Shown: positions 36,506-50,019, counted from the stretch's first letter. The stretch is 64,000 bases of DNA from Heterodontus francisci (GCF_036365525.1 NC_090380.1:76509784-76573783), one strand, 5' to 3'. The notes: generated by a model from the letters alone, not told the origin. A program made the numbers and translations.

Positions 36506-37074
36506 TTCTCAATTTGCTAACATTGAATTTCTTTGGGATCACCTAGAGGACTAGTTATAGTTCTTTGCTATTTGAGACATACTTCAAAAAAGGATATAAC
36601 TGCATTTCTAATATATCTATTAATACAACAGATGTACAAATCCATCTTTCTACAAAACTGCTGGCAGTTCCGGCTGTCCTGATGCACCTAATGATGTAGT
36701 ACCGACTTATGCAGATCATGAATGACCACCTCATGGTCTGGGTGATTTAGCCGATCTCAACTCTGACAGCAGGGGAGGCTGAGGTTGGCCTTCCGTGTCC
36801 TAGAGCTGTGAAAGGCTAAAAATCAAAGAGTCCCTAGTCCAAAATAGTATCCAGTGACCACCCTGCTGGGAAATATGCAGATATGGACACGACTGGTCTT
36901 GGCTGAGTGAAAAATATGAATAAAAACATTGGAATGCTTTTTAATTTTTTAAAAATTATTCTTTCATGGGATGTGGGCATCGCTGGCTAGGCCAGCATTT
37001 ATTGCCCATGCCTAATTGCCCTTGAGAAGGTGGTGGTGAGCCACGTCTTGAACCAATTTTACTCAGCGGTGGTG

Positions 37075-40000
37075 TGATTTAGCGAAAGTGGACTGGAAAC
37101 AGCTACTTGAAGGTAAATCAATGTCAGAGCAGTGGGAGGCATTCAAAGGGGAGATTCAAGACTTCAGAGTAAACACATTCCCACGAAGAAAAAGGGTGGG
37201 ACGGCCAAATCTAGAGCCCCATGGCGGTCAAGGAGCCAACAGAGTATGACAAGGCAGAAAAGAAAAGCTTATGCCCGACACAGAGAACTCAACACCTACT
37301 GAAAGCAGAGACGAGTATAGAAAGTGGAGGGGTGAAATCAAAAAGGAAATTAGGAAAGAACAAAGAACAGTACAGCACAGGAACAGGCCATTCGGCCCTC
37401 CAAGCCTGCGCCGATCTTGATGCCTGCCTAACCTAAAACCTTCTGCACTTCCGGGGCCCCATATCCCTCTATTCCCTTCCTATTCATATATTTGTCGAGA
37501 TGTCTCTTAAACGTCACTATCGTATCTGCTTCCACCACCTCCCCTGGCAGCAAGTTCCAGGCACTCACCACCCTCTGTGTAAAGAACTTGCCTCGCACAT
37601 CCCCTCTAAACTTTGCCCCTCGCACCTTAAACCTATGTCCCCTAGTAACTGACTCTTCCACCCTGGGAAAAAGCTTCTGACTATCCACTCTGTCCATGCC
37701 GCTCATAACTTTGTAAACCTCTATCATGTCGCCCCTCCACCTCCGTCGTTGCAGTGAAAACAATCTGAGTTTTTCCAACCTCTCCTCATAACTAATGCCC
37801 TCCAGACCAGGCAACATCCTGGTAAACCTCCTCTGTACCCTCTCCAAATCCTCCACGTCCTTCTGGTGGTGTGGCGACCAGAATTGCACGCAATATTCTA
37901 AGTGTGGCCTAACTAAGGTTCTGTACAGCTGCAACATGACTTGCCAATTTTTATACTGTATGCCCCGACCGATGAAGGCAAGCATGCCGTATGCCTTCTT
38001 GACTACCTTATCCACCTGCGTTGCCACTTTCAGTGACCTGTGGACCTGTACGCCCAGATCTCTCTGCCTGTCAATATTCCCAAGGGTTCTGCCATTTACT
38101 GTATACCTCCCACCTACATTAGACCTTCCAAAATGCATTACCTCACATTTGCCCGGATTAAACTCCATCGGCCATTTCTCCGCCCAAGTCTCCAACCGAT
38201 CTATATCCTGCTGTATCCTCTGACAATCCTCATCACTGTCCGCAACTCCATCAACCTTTGTGTCATCCGCAAACTTACTAATCAGACCAGCTACATTTTC
38301 CTCCAAATCATTTATATATACTACAAAACAGCAAAGGTCCCAGCACTGATCCCAGTGGAACACCACTAGTCACATCCCTCCTTTCAGAAAAACACCCATG
38401 CACTGCTACCCTCTGTCTTCTGTGACTGAGCCAGTTCTGTATCCATCTTGCCAGCTCACCTCTGATCCCGTGTGACTTCACCTTTTGCACCAGTCTGCCA
38501 TGCGGGACCTTGTCAAAGGCTTTACTAAAGTCCATATAGACAACATCCACCACCTTTCCCTCATCAATCATCTTCGTCACTTCCTCAAAAAACTCAATCA
38601 AATTAGTAAGACACGACCTCCCCTTCACAAAACCATGCTGTCTCTTGCTAATAAGTTCGTTTGTTTCCAAATGGGAGTAAATCCTGTCCCGAAGAATCCT
38701 CTCTAATAGTTTCCCTACCACTGACGCAAGGCTCACCGGCCTATTATTTCCTGCATTATCCTTACCACCCTTCTTAAACAAAGGAACAACATTGGCTATT
38801 CTCCAGTCCTCTGGGACCTCACCTGTAGCCAATGAGGATGCAAAGATTTCTGTCAAGGCCCCAGCAATTTCTTCCCTTGCCTCCCTCAGTATTCTAGGGT
38901 AGATACCATCAGGCCCTGGGGACTTATCTACCTTAATGCTTTGCAAGACACCCAACACCTCCTCCTTTTTGATAATGAGATGACGGAGACTATCTGCACT
39001 CCCTTCCCTAGGCTCATCATCCACCAAGTCCTTCTCCTTGGTGAATACTGATGCAAAGTACTCATTTAGCACTTCACCCATTTCTTCTGGCTCCACGCAC
39101 AGATTCCCATCTCTGTCCTCGAGTGGGCCAACCCTTTCCCTGGTTACCCTCTTGCTCTTTATATACGTATAAAAAGCCTTGGGATTTTCCTTAATCCTGT
39201 TTGCCAATGACTTTTCATGACCCCTTTTAGCCCTCCTAACTCCTTGCTCAAGTTCCTTCCTACTGTTTTTATATTCAAGTGCTTCATCTGTTCCTAGCCT
39301 TCCAGCCCTTACATTTGCTTCCTTTTTCTTTTTGACTAGGCTCACAATATCCCCGTGTTATCCAAGCTTCCCGAAACTTGCCAAACTTGACTTTCTTCCT
39401 CACAGGAACATACTGGTCCTGGATTCTAATCAGCTGACGTTTGAAAGACTCCCACATGTCAGATGTTGATTTACCCTCAAACAGCCGCCCCCAATCTAAG
39501 AGAGCATGACAGAATATTGGCAACCAAAATCAAGGTGCACTCAAAGATGTTTTATCACGTTAAGAGTAAGAGGATAGATAACCAAGGAAAGAGTGGGGCC
39601 CATAAAAGACCAAAAAGGTAACCTATGTGTAGGGCAGAAGATGTTGGTATTGTTCTTAATGAATACTTTGCATCTGTTTTCACAAAGGAGGGGGCAATGC
39701 AGGTATTGTAGTTAAGGAAGAGGGGTGTGAAGTATTGGATGTGAAAAACATAGGGAGAGGAAGTATTAATGGGATTAATGTCTTTGAAAGTAGATAAATA
39801 ACCAAGGCCGGATGAAATGTACGCCAGGCTGTTAAAAGCAGCGAGAGAGGAAATAGCGGAAGGTGTGACCATCATTTTCCAGTCCTCACTGGATACAGGT
39901 GTGGTGCCAGAGGACTGGAGGGCTGCTAACGTTGTACCTCTGTTTAAAAAGGGAGCGAGGGATAGACCGAAAAATTACAGCCAGTCTAACCTCAGTGGTG

Positions 40001-41052
40001 GGTAAATTATTGGAATCTATTCTGAGAGACATGATAAGCTGTCACTTAGAAAGGCACAGCTTAATCAAGGATAGTCAGCATGGATTTGTTAAGAGAAGAC
40101 CTTGTCTGACCAACTTGATCATATTTTTTTGAAGGAGGAATGATAGATGATGGTAGTGCAGTTGATGTGGTCTACATGGATTTTAGCAAGGCAAACTGGT
40201 TAAAAAAAAATAAAAGCCCAGGAGATCCAGGGAAACGCAGCAAGGTGGATACAAAATTGGCAGGAAACGAATGGTAATTGTTGACAGCTGTTTTAGCGAC
40301 TGGAGGGCTGTTTCCAGTGGCATTCCGCAGGGCTCAGTACTGGGTCCCCTGCTTTTTGTGGTATGTATTAACGATTTGACGTAAATGTGGGGGGCATGAT
40401 CAAGAAGTTTGCAGACAACACAAAGATTAGCCGTGTGGTAGATAGCGAGGAGGATAGCTGTAGGCTGCAGTAAGATATTGATGGTCTGGTTAGATGGGCA
40501 GAAAAGTGGCAAATGGAATTCAACCTGGAGAAGTGAGGTGATGCATTTGAGGAGGTCAAACAAGGCAAAGGAATACAAGATTAATGGGAAAATACTAAGT
40601 GTAGAGGAAGTGAGGGACCTTGGAGTAAACGTCCACAGATCCACGAAGGTAGGACAGGTTGATAAAGGTGGTTAAGGCGGCATATGGAATCCTTTCCTTC
40701 ATTAGCCGAGGTGTGGAAGAGCAGGGAGATTATGCTGGAACTGTATAAATCATTGGTTAGGCCACAACTTGAGTTCTGTGTGCAGTTCAGGTCACCTCAT
40801 TACACAAAGGATGTAATTGCACTAGAGAGGGTACAGAGGAGTTTTACGAGGATGTTGCAGCTATGAGGAAAGATTGAATAGGCTGGGGTTGTTCTCCTTG
40901 GAACAGAGAAGGCTGAAGGGCGATTTGATTGAGATGGACAAAATTGTGAGGGGTCTGGATAGAGTTGATGTAAAGGGCCTATTTACCTTAGCAGAGGAGT
41001 CAATGACTGGGGGGAATAGACTTAAAGTGATTGGTAGAAGGATTAGAGGGAG
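37075..41052 (+). mobile_element. CR1 LINE (ORF2 part) interrupted by a younger antiparallel CR1
   Basis: Plus-strand CR1 sequence stops at ...GGAAATTAGGA (about 37355) and resumes AAGAGAGCATG (about 39498); VPEDWRAANVVPLFKKG, SQHGF, RPQLEFCVQF. Confidence 0.85.
37355..39497 (-). mobile_element. Young 5'-truncated CR1 LINE, ORF2 nearly intact
   Basis: Overlapping 345-aa and 312-aa ORFs separated by one frameshift; complete RT motifs; (GTTCTTT)n tail. Confidence 0.95.
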
Positions 41053-41380
41053 ATTCAGTAATAGTAATGCCATTGAATGTCAAGGGAAGATGGTCATTGT
41101 CTGGCACAAATGTAATTTGTCACTTATCAGTCCAAGCCTGGATGTTGTCCAGGTCTTGCTGCATATGGACATGGACTGCTTCAGTATCTGCGGAGCCGCA
41201 AATATACTGAACATTGTGCAATCAGCAAAACATCCCTACTTCTGACCTTATAATGGAAGGAAGGTCATTGATGAAGCAGCTGAAGATGGTTGGGCCTAGG
41301 ACGCTACCTTGAGGAACTCCTTCAGTGATGTCCTGGGACCGAGATGATTGACCTCCAAAAACCATAACCATCTTTCTTTG
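41053..41380 (-). mobile_element. CR1 family B RT fragment; its 3' tail lies at about 36960-37055
   Basis: High similarity to 2400-2770 and 24340-24700. Confidence 0.8.
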
Positions 41381-41731
41381 TGATAAGTTTAAAATTTAAA
41401 CTTAAGACTTTTTTTCATGTAATGGAAGCAGTTATTAAGAAACCAAAATTAACCCCGATCTTCACTATCCATTCCAATTTCTTAACTGGAGATCAAACCA
41501 AACCAAACCATTACTGTCTTCTTGGACAGAATGCTAGAGATCTAATCTGGCCCAGTCCATCCATTATGGTATATTAATTGCACTGATTTGATTAAACATA
41601 GAATTATTGAATGTAAACTTGATATACTAGAATAATTTTCTAATCTATCTGCACTCCTATAAGACGTTCTGCTCCAGTAGAAGTAAATTTTGCTTTTATA
41701 AATTTGAATCAGAGGTACAAAAAGCACGTAC

Positions 41732-41882
41732 CAGATTAATTTCTTCAGCATTGAAATCCTCTGCCAAGAATGCAGTCCTCGTCAAAACCTCATTTCTTTT
41801 AGTTTCATGAATTTGGTCCAACTTAGTACCAATGACCAACAATGGTATCTGGTTATCTGCAAACTGCTCACGATCATAGTCC
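41732..41882 (-). CDS. RABL3: RABL3 exon 5 ([50 protein letters not shown])
   Basis: 151 nt, tttcccaaag|...|gtacgt, phase 2/0; contains G4-like GTKLD. Confidence 0.97.
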
Positions 41883-42037
41883 CTTTGGGAAAAAAAAGGT
41901 TGACTTTTGACTTCTACATGGCCCATGTACACTTGCAATTACAAAAAAATCAAATGCTGATTTGAGGCAGAGTAGGAATTGTGAAACAAGTCATGGATTG
42001 CACTCAACCCTTCCCACATCCCCCACTGGTACAATAA

Positions 42038-42172
42038 CAAAAGCAAAGTACAGCGTATGCTGGAAATCTGAAATAAAAACAAAAAGCGCTGGAAACTACT
42101 CAGCAGGTCAGGCAGAATTTGTGGAGAGAGAAGCAAAGTTAACATTTCAGGTCAGTGACCTTTCACCAGGGA
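42038..42172 (-). mobile_element. Penelope terminal fragment with hammerhead-like motif
   Basis: Minus strand CTGGTGAAAGGTCACTGACCTGAAATGTTAAC followed by the shared terminal repeat. Confidence 0.7.
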
Positions 42173-42783
42173 GCTCCTCAAAGGCCTCATAACCTGCATC
42201 ATTTCCCTTTACAACAGTAACCACCCACCCCCAACTCTTCCCTCCTCTCCACTCACTAGTATTCTCCTCCCCAAAATGAATGGCTTCCATGCCTCAATCC
42301 CCATACACCGGATAATCAGAATTCACTTTTGTTATCATTCACCTCGCTGTCTGAATTTTCTTATCATTGCCAACCCCAGCCCCTTGCAATGAGAGGATTT
42401 CCCAGGATACAGTCCACTGAACATCACCCTCTACAGTGTCCCGCTCTTCACTCTTGCCTACCTCTGCCTCTATCCTTCCTTCTACTTCCCCCCACCACCT
42501 TGTCCCCACTCCCCCAATTCCACTTCATTCCCACTCTATCTGCCTCCCCCTCCCTTCTCAGACAGGCTCCAATTTCCTCTCGAACTCTACGGAGCTGAAA
42601 AATTCAATTTAATCATGACTACCCATGTAGTTATTAACAGCTTTTGCCTGTGTATTCATTATCAAATTTCAGTTCAATGTAGCACAGCTCATACATAAAC
42701 TCAACTTTTCAAAAGGAGTATTCCAGTAGGAGTACTGCTACTGCTCGCAGAATGTAAGAAATTATTTTGGAAGCTCAACTTAC

Positions 42784-42898
42784 CCATTCGTCACTATGAC
42801 TCCAGTAGGAGAGGAGTCCTTATTTAAAGCTTCTAATGACCACCGATAGAGATTCTGGGATGACTTTTTGTTAGTACAGTCATGCACTAATATTATAC
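42784..42898 (-). CDS. RABL3: RABL3 exon 4 ([39 protein letters not shown])
   Basis: 115 nt, tttcaaag|...|gtaagt, phase 1/2. Confidence 0.97.
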
Positions 42899-43480
42899 CT
42901 TTGAAAACAAGCAAACAAAAGATAAACAGAAGAGAACAATTTCATATTTATAAAAATAAAATCTTTGACTGGTGCTGCCATAGTTATAATACTATTTTTG
43001 AACTAAAACATTTCGATGGATGGGACTTTACAATAGGAACTCTGGAAATTACCAGTCTGGCCTTGTCTTCTACGTCTTTGCATTGATATTTTGTTTCAAT
43101 AGATCAGGGCAAGTTTAATATCTCACTTAAAGTACTGCATCTCCAAGAATAAAATGCTCAGTGTCAGCCTAGATTGCACTCTCTGATTCTGGAGTGGGGC
43201 TTGAACTCGCAACCTGCTGATTTAGAAATAAGAGAGTGCTACTAATTGAACTAAATTGCCAGTGCTTTCAAAGCCAAAATGTCAAAACCACCAACTCCCA
43301 GCTGCATATCTACATCTCTAAATATATGTTGTATTACAAACTTCATACATACTTTTGTCTATATATAGTGCTCTAATATACTCAAACTGAGTAAATTATA
43401 ACAATAAGTGGTCTATTAGAGATTGTTTACACAAATCCAATCAAGCTTTTTTTTGGTGAAAGAATATCAACTGATAACCC

Positions 43481-43507
43481 GGGGGGGGGGGGGGGGGGGT
43501 GGGGGGG
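43481..43507 (+). repeat. Poly-G tract (G19 T G7)
   Basis: Direct reading of sequence. Confidence 0.95.
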
Positions 43508-43930
43508 TGAAGATGTGCATTAAAAAAAAAAAATCCAAATATGAACAAACCTGTAGAAAATACTTAAACAAGTAGAACTCGTGTGGAATTGATCACATTC
43601 AGTTGGAGGATACAATGTTTCGTAAAAGGCATGCCAGGAAATGCACAATACATTGTTCTGTTGTTCAAGTGCAACATGTGCAAACTGGTGTGTCCTTTTA
43701 ACACTGGGTTTAATTACTATCCTGTTCCAAAGTAAACTGGAGGCTAATTACAGTCACGGCATATCAAAAGTAACTTATGGATGCGAACATTTGACACCCC
43801 AAGGACATGATAATGTGTTAAATAAATATAAATGGTCTTTCTTTACTTAAAGAAATCCTTAAATCAATTAAGGTTTAGAAGAAACCAGCAGGAAATTGCT
43901 TGCATTCTTTCTCTTTAAATTTCTTCTAAA

Positions 43931-44270
43931 GACAGCACAGTGGCGCAGTGATTAGCACCGCAGCCTCACAGCTCCAGTGACCCGGGGTTCAATTCTGGGT
44001 ACTGCCTGTGTGGAGTTTGCAAGTTCTCAGTGTCTGCGTGGGTTTTCGCCGGGTACTCCGGTTTCCTCCCACCAAAGAATTGCAGGTTGATGGGGCAATT
44101 TACAATGGCCAATTTACCTTAGTATAGGTAGGTGCTAAGGGAATATAGGGACAGGTGGGGATGTGGTAGGAATATGGGATTAGTATAAATGGGTGGTTGA
44201 TGGTTGGCAGAGACTCGGTGGGCTGAAGGGCCTGTTTCAGTGTTGTATCTCTAAATAAAAATAAAATAAA
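43931..44270 (+). mobile_element. HE1-type V-SINE in RABL3 intron 3, opposite orientation to the other copies
   Basis: TGGCGCAGTGA A box, GGTTCAATTC B box, V domain, CR1-derived tail, (TAAAA)n end. Confidence 0.9.
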
Positions 44271-44807
44271 GATTCATATGGAAATTTTTATGCCAAACAA
44301 AGTTTGAGACTTGAGTGCGATGAAGGCATCTCAAAATATTTACATAAGTGAGTGAATGGTCCATAATGCACAATAGGACAAAGGAAACTATTTTGACTTG
44401 AACTAACATGTGAAAAACAGATAAAAATCCAAAATACATAGTATAATCAATTCTAAAATAATAGTTGCATCACCTATATGATTTGAAAAAAAGTACTGAA
44501 ATGTAAACAAATAGTATTTTCTGTTTGGTATTGAAGGCAACTTTCGGCCAAGCTGACGCCTGTAGAAGTTACAGGTTGGTGAAGCGGAGTCCAAAGGTTA
44601 TTTAAAAAGGGATATAGATTCTTGTTTCAAGAAGCAGAGCGCCCTCACTTTAGAAAATCCCTAGCACAGACTTGACGGGCTGTATTACCTGTTTCCTTGC
44701 TGTACCATTCTATGATTTTAAGACTTAAAACCGTTTATGACAGATAATGCAGATTTTAAAAAAAGGACTAGGTTTACACAATTGAACAACAAAAGTAGCT
44801 TCCATAC

Positions 44808-44937
44808 CATTCACAGAGTTGTAAAATACAGCTCTAGTGCTTTTAATACTGCTGGCATTGCCCACAGATCCACCAACATCCCACAGTTCAATATAGTAGG
44901 TTTTCTCAGCTGGTGTGCCTTCTTTATAGTCATGAAC
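44808..44937 (-). CDS. RABL3: RABL3 exon 3 ([43 protein letters not shown])
   Basis: 130 nt, actcag|...|gtatgg, phase 0/1; atypical G3 motif WDVGG characteristic of RABL3. Confidence 0.97.
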
Positions 44938-45737
44938 CTGAGTTAAAAGTGAGAAACAAAATGCATACAAAAGTTCTACAAAAGCCACCAATTTCTGCAG
45001 TTACAGACAACAATTCACTAAAATCAGCCAGTATGACCAGCATCATCATAACCACAAAATAATTTTTTTTAATGAAAATTCTATGAAAAACAGGTACAAT
45101 ATTTAGTAGCATGTAACCATTAGACATTTCTTTAGCAAACAATTTATAGTTAACTTCAGTAAAATAATTATGCAAAAATTTGGTGGATTTAGAAAATGTT
45201 GGTAAATTATTTAACCAATTTTTTGTATTTTACTGAAACTGATTTTGTTCCACTTCGCATTTTTCATAAAACTAAAAAGTCACAGCTTCAATATTGTAAA
45301 TTACACGACCGAGCATGTTCAGTATATCACCTTAGATCATATAATCTTGATTAATTTTACAGCACAAAATATTTTACAGAGGAGGTCATTCCATCCATCA
45401 TAGTTTATTCATCAAGAACACGAAAGTCTCCCCATTGCTGGGTCCAATTGTTCCACAAGTGATTCCAGGAGTTTTACCTCTAATCTCTCCAGAGATCCAT
45501 TTCAAGTGTTGTCGACACTGTCGAAAAGTAGTTTCTGACATCAGTCCAATATTTATCTTTTACTAGTTTGAATCCGTGTCTCCTTTTCCTACTCTCACTT
45601 TAAATCTGGATTTACCTTTTCCATTCCTCGCACTACTTTATATACCCCTATGGGTTTACCTTTATGGCACCTCCTTTCCAGGATGAAAGCCCCAGGTCTA
45701 TTCAATATTTTTTCATAGATCAGACCTTGGACACCAT

Positions 45738-46522
45738 GGGCTGGATTTTAAATCCCCTTCACCATCGGGAACGGTGGCGGGGTAGGGCAATGAAGCTCGG
45801 TGTGGTGGAGGCCCGCTACCGACCCTGACGGCAACAGGCCCTGTGCCGATCTTGGCAGCGGCACCACCGCTCGGCGAAGGGACCCCCATTTAAATATGTA
45901 AACGAACTTATATACCTGACTTAGAGGGTCCCGTCGCCTCCTAAATTTCTGCAACGATCTTCAGTTGGGCATCTGACAATGCCGCACCTTCAAATCCCCG
46001 TTCGGGGAAACATGGCGCGTGACACCTGTGGGGATGGGGTAGGAGTATTTTTTCTCTGCGCAGCAGGTGGGGATAAAGGTTAAAACGATGCAGATTGGTT
46101 GGGGGTGTGATGGAAAAGGGGTAAAGGGCAAAGTTGCTGAACTCTGGAGGGGAAAAAAGGGCAAATTCTCAGTCCGGGGGGGGGGGTCATGCACGAATGG
46201 CCCAAAATGCCATGGGAGTTGGGGGGTGAAAACACATACAAAGATCATGTAATTTTGTTCTGTTGCAATGTAACTTACCTGGCCCTTTCACTTTTAGGGC
46301 AGTAATCCCTTTAAAAATGGTGCCCGCACATTGGCACTGGACACAGTTGCCATCCGACAGTTCTCCCACCCCCTCGTTATTGCAAGGGGAGGGCAGTGCG
46401 GCCATACAAATGAGCCGTCATGTTTGAAATTGCGGCCGCTCTGTGATGCAGTGCGTGTGGGCAGGGCACATTTTCTTTACGTCCACCGCCTACTTCGGCG
46501 GCAGGCTCTTAAAATGCAGCCC
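45738..46522. mobile_element. PIF/Harbinger-type MITE
   Basis: TIRs GGGCTGGATTTTAA / TTAAAATGCAGCCC (one mismatch); 3-bp flanks CAT/CAG. Confidence 0.8.
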
Positions 46523-47671
46523 CAGCTTTATGGATCAGCCTTAATCATAAAAAATTAATTTTATTTTTTATTTAACAAAGTGATTCTTGATAACGCAGCC
46601 AGCAAAGAAGTCATCCAACTGTGTCAACCTTCGCAAATGGGCTCCTGCTCTCTGCACATGCGCTGCGTTCCGCATTGCCAGGACCAGTTGGCACATGCGT
46701 GGATGACATCATCGCATAATGCAGGAGAGCGTGCAAGCGGAGAAGCAGGGAGACAGCCTATATATGATACACACACACAAACACCATATTTGTTTCAGTT
46801 TAAAGTGTTGGTACAGTTATTGTTGAGCGAAAATATAATTTGGAAAAGCTGGAATTTGTTCCAGTATTGACTGTGCATGACTTTTGTTTATTGAGAGAGA
46901 GATCATTCTGGCGATCAGAACAATTCCAAAAACTACTTCTCCACAAGAAACGGTTTCCTTACATCACACGCTCCAATCTTATTTCAGACATCCCAAGGGC
47001 ATTCACTTTGCTGCTTCAACCTTCTCCAATTCTCCCGCTCAACTCCCAAATTCCTTAATCCATAATCACCCATCCATTTCCCCTTGCCATCTCTAAACAT
47101 ATCTAATCAATAAAGCCACTACTTGCTCCTGACTCTTTTCTATCCCAGCTCCCCCTTCTTACTGGCATGAATCTGTCCCCAACATCCAGCTCTCTGTACA
47201 GCTTTTAAACTTGGGATCATCAATCCCCTGCTCAAAAAAAAACTGCTTCCCTTTTCCACCATCAATAAATTACAAGTCATCCATAATGTTGCAATTAATA
47301 TCCTCAACTGCCCCAAGTTCATAACCACATCACTTGTCTTTGTCAAATTCCACTGGCTTTCTATGGTCCAGAGCATTTACTTTGAAATTTTTGTTCACCT
47401 TCAAATCACTCCATAGCTTTGCCCTTCTTTATTTCTAATCATCTCCAGCCCAATGTTCCTTTATGTGCTTTCCAATCCTTCAGCACTGGCTTGTTTATTT
47501 TCCACTCTAACAGCTGTTGCTTTAGCCACTTTATTCCCATTCACTGAAACTCCTTTCCTTAGTATCACTGCTTGTCATCTACCTCCTTACTTTCAAAAAC
47601 CTCAAGGATCTTTTCTTTGACTGTGCATTTGCCCCTTCCTAATCCTCTACGCTTCTCCTCCCCACTCACTA

Positions 47672-47956
47672 TCTTTCTTCTTTTGGGCCTCCTGATCGAG
47701 ACAATGGATACGCGCCTGGAGGTGGTCAGTGGTTTGTGAAGCAGCGCCTGGAGTGGCTATAAAGGCCAATTCTAGAGTGACAGGTTCTTCCACAGGTGCT
47801 GCAGAGAAATTTGTTTGTCGGGGCTGTTGCAGTTGGCTCTCCCCTTGCGCCTGTCTTTTTTCCTGCCAACTACTAAGTCTCTTCGACTCGCCACATTTTA
47901 GCCCCGTCTTTATGGCTGCCCGCCAGCTCTGGCAAACGCTGGCAACTGACTCCCAC
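47672..47956 (-). mobile_element. RTE LINE 3' end
   Basis: WESVASVCQSWRAA...FLCSTCGRTCHSRIGLYSHSRRC; same family as 3853-4032. Confidence 0.85.
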
Positions 47957-48224
47957 TGTGAATCACATTGTTTCTTTGTACTAATAGCATTACAAAATGT
48001 ATCACTAAGTCACTCAATTATAAATTACTGCTACAGCTGTACTCCATTTGGAAATTGTTTTCAAAAACTAAATACAGTCCTTATGTAGGGATGAAAATTG
48101 CCAGGCTTTAACTTCTAAATCTTTAATTGTCTAGCAAGATATCAGAATGAAAATATATATAAAAGTTCAAATCGGTCTTTACGCAATCCAAAGCACAACA
48201 GCTTACTTATAATTTGATATAGTA

Positions 48225-49310
48225 GCAATCTCAGTCATTTATGGCAAAGGAGGCCATTCAGCCCATCGAGTTGATGCCAGCTCTCCACAGAGCAATCCAG
48301 TCAGTCCCACTACCCTGCTCGATCCCAGTAGCCCTGCAAGTTTACTTCCTTTAAGCACCCATCCAATTTCCTTTTGAAATCATTGATTGTCTCTGCTTCC
48401 ACCACCCTCATGGGCAGCAAGTTCCAGGTCATTACCACTCACTGCGTAAAAAGGTTCTTCCTCACAGTCCCCCTGCATCACTTGCCCAAAACTGTCAATC
48501 TGTCTTCTAGTCCTTGTACCACAAGTTAATTGGCAGTTTTTCCTGGTCTAATTTATCGAAGTCTGTCATAATCTTGTACACCTTTATCAAATTTTTGCTC
48601 CAATTGCAGCTTTTCAAACCTAACCTTGTAACTAAAATCCCCCAGCACTGGAACCATTCTGGTAAATCTTGTCTGCACCCTCTCAAGGACCCTCACATCC
48701 TTCCTAAAGGGTGGTGACCAGAACTGGACCCAATACTCTAGTTGGGGACTAACTAGAGCTTTATAAAAGGTTCAGCATAACTTTCCTACTTTTATACTCT
48801 ATGCCCCTATTTATGAAGCCCATACGCTTTGCTAACCAATCTCTCACTATGTCCTGCCACCTTCAAAGATCTGTTCCTGCACACTCTTTAGAATTGCATT
48901 ATTAAATCTATATTTCCTCTCCCTATCCCTTCTGCCAAAATGCATCACCTTGTACTTGGTTGTATTAAATCCATTTGCTACTTGTTTGCCCATTCTGCTA
49001 GTCTATATCCCCTGTTGCAGGCAGTTTGTATCATCCTCACTGATTGCCACTCCAAGTTTGGTATCAGCAAATTTTGAAATTCTATTCTGTTTTCCAAGAT
49101 CCAAGTAATTTATGTATAGAAAAAAAAAAGCAGTGGTCCTCGCACTGACCTTTGGGGAATACCATCTACCATCCTCTAATCTGAAAAACAACTGTTTACC
49201 ATGACTTGCTGTTTTCGGTCCTTGAGCCAATTTTTAATTAATGCAACTGGACCCTCCTATTCCTTGAGTTTCACTTTTGTTAACCAGCCTTTTGTGGTAC
49301 CTTAACAAAC
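48225..49310 (-). mobile_element. CR1 LINE 3' portion, same subfamily as 35522-36505
   Basis: Colinear similarity with 35522-36505; degenerate ISKFAD.TKLG. Confidence 0.85.
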
Positions 49311-49696
49311 CTTCTGTCTTTTTACATACTTTCTTCCCCCACCCACCATTAAAAAGCATTTTAAGAGTTACGTCCATTATGCAACCATCATTATGGTACC
49401 CCATACTATTTTTCTTCCTATATAAAGTGGCAGAGATTGATGTTTTTGAAAAGGCTAAGTGACGTTTTCTGTGACTAAAAGATGAGTGTTATTGTCCCAT
49501 TGTTGGAGGCTCCTCATCTGATAGAACTAACTGAAACAGAAAGAGCACACTTCAGTGTGCTGTCGGTTGGAATGAAGTATTTTGAGCTCATTAGGTACTG
49601 CACACTGCAGAATTAGTTATTTACTAGTCTTATAGATTATACAGTAATACATATTTACTTTTAAACCATAATGCAAGAACCATGGCTTCAGGTAAA

Positions 49697-49872
49697 TAAA
49701 AGCAAAATACTGCAGATGCTGGAAATCAGAAATAAAAAACAAAGTGCTGGAAGTACTCAGCAGCTCAGGTGGCATCTGTGGAGAAAGAAACAGTTAGCAC
49801 TTCAGGTCGATGACTTTCTCTCTCCATAGATGCTGCCTGACATGCTGAGTACTTCAAGCACCATTTTTATTA
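49697..49872. mobile_element. Penelope-derived hairpin
   Basis: GTGCTGGAAGTACTCAGCAGCTCAGGTGGCATCTGTGGAGA pairs with TCTCCATAGATGCTGCCTGACATGCTGAGTACTTCAAGCAC. Confidence 0.7.
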
Positions 49873-50019
49873 ACCATGGCTTCAGTTTAATTCTCAAATT
49901 AAGCATTTTAATATTTTCAACGGAGCAAGTTCCCTCCCCCCAAATTTATTGGTTACAAGAATCTTGTCTATGAAATCTTCTTAGTATCATAGAAATTACA
50001 GCATAGAAGAAAGCTGTCA

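Noticed and set aside
46272-46283. ACTTACCTGGC resembling the U1 snRNA 5' end
   Set aside because: The match stops after 11 nt with no U1 body; it is the reverse complement of a splice donor.
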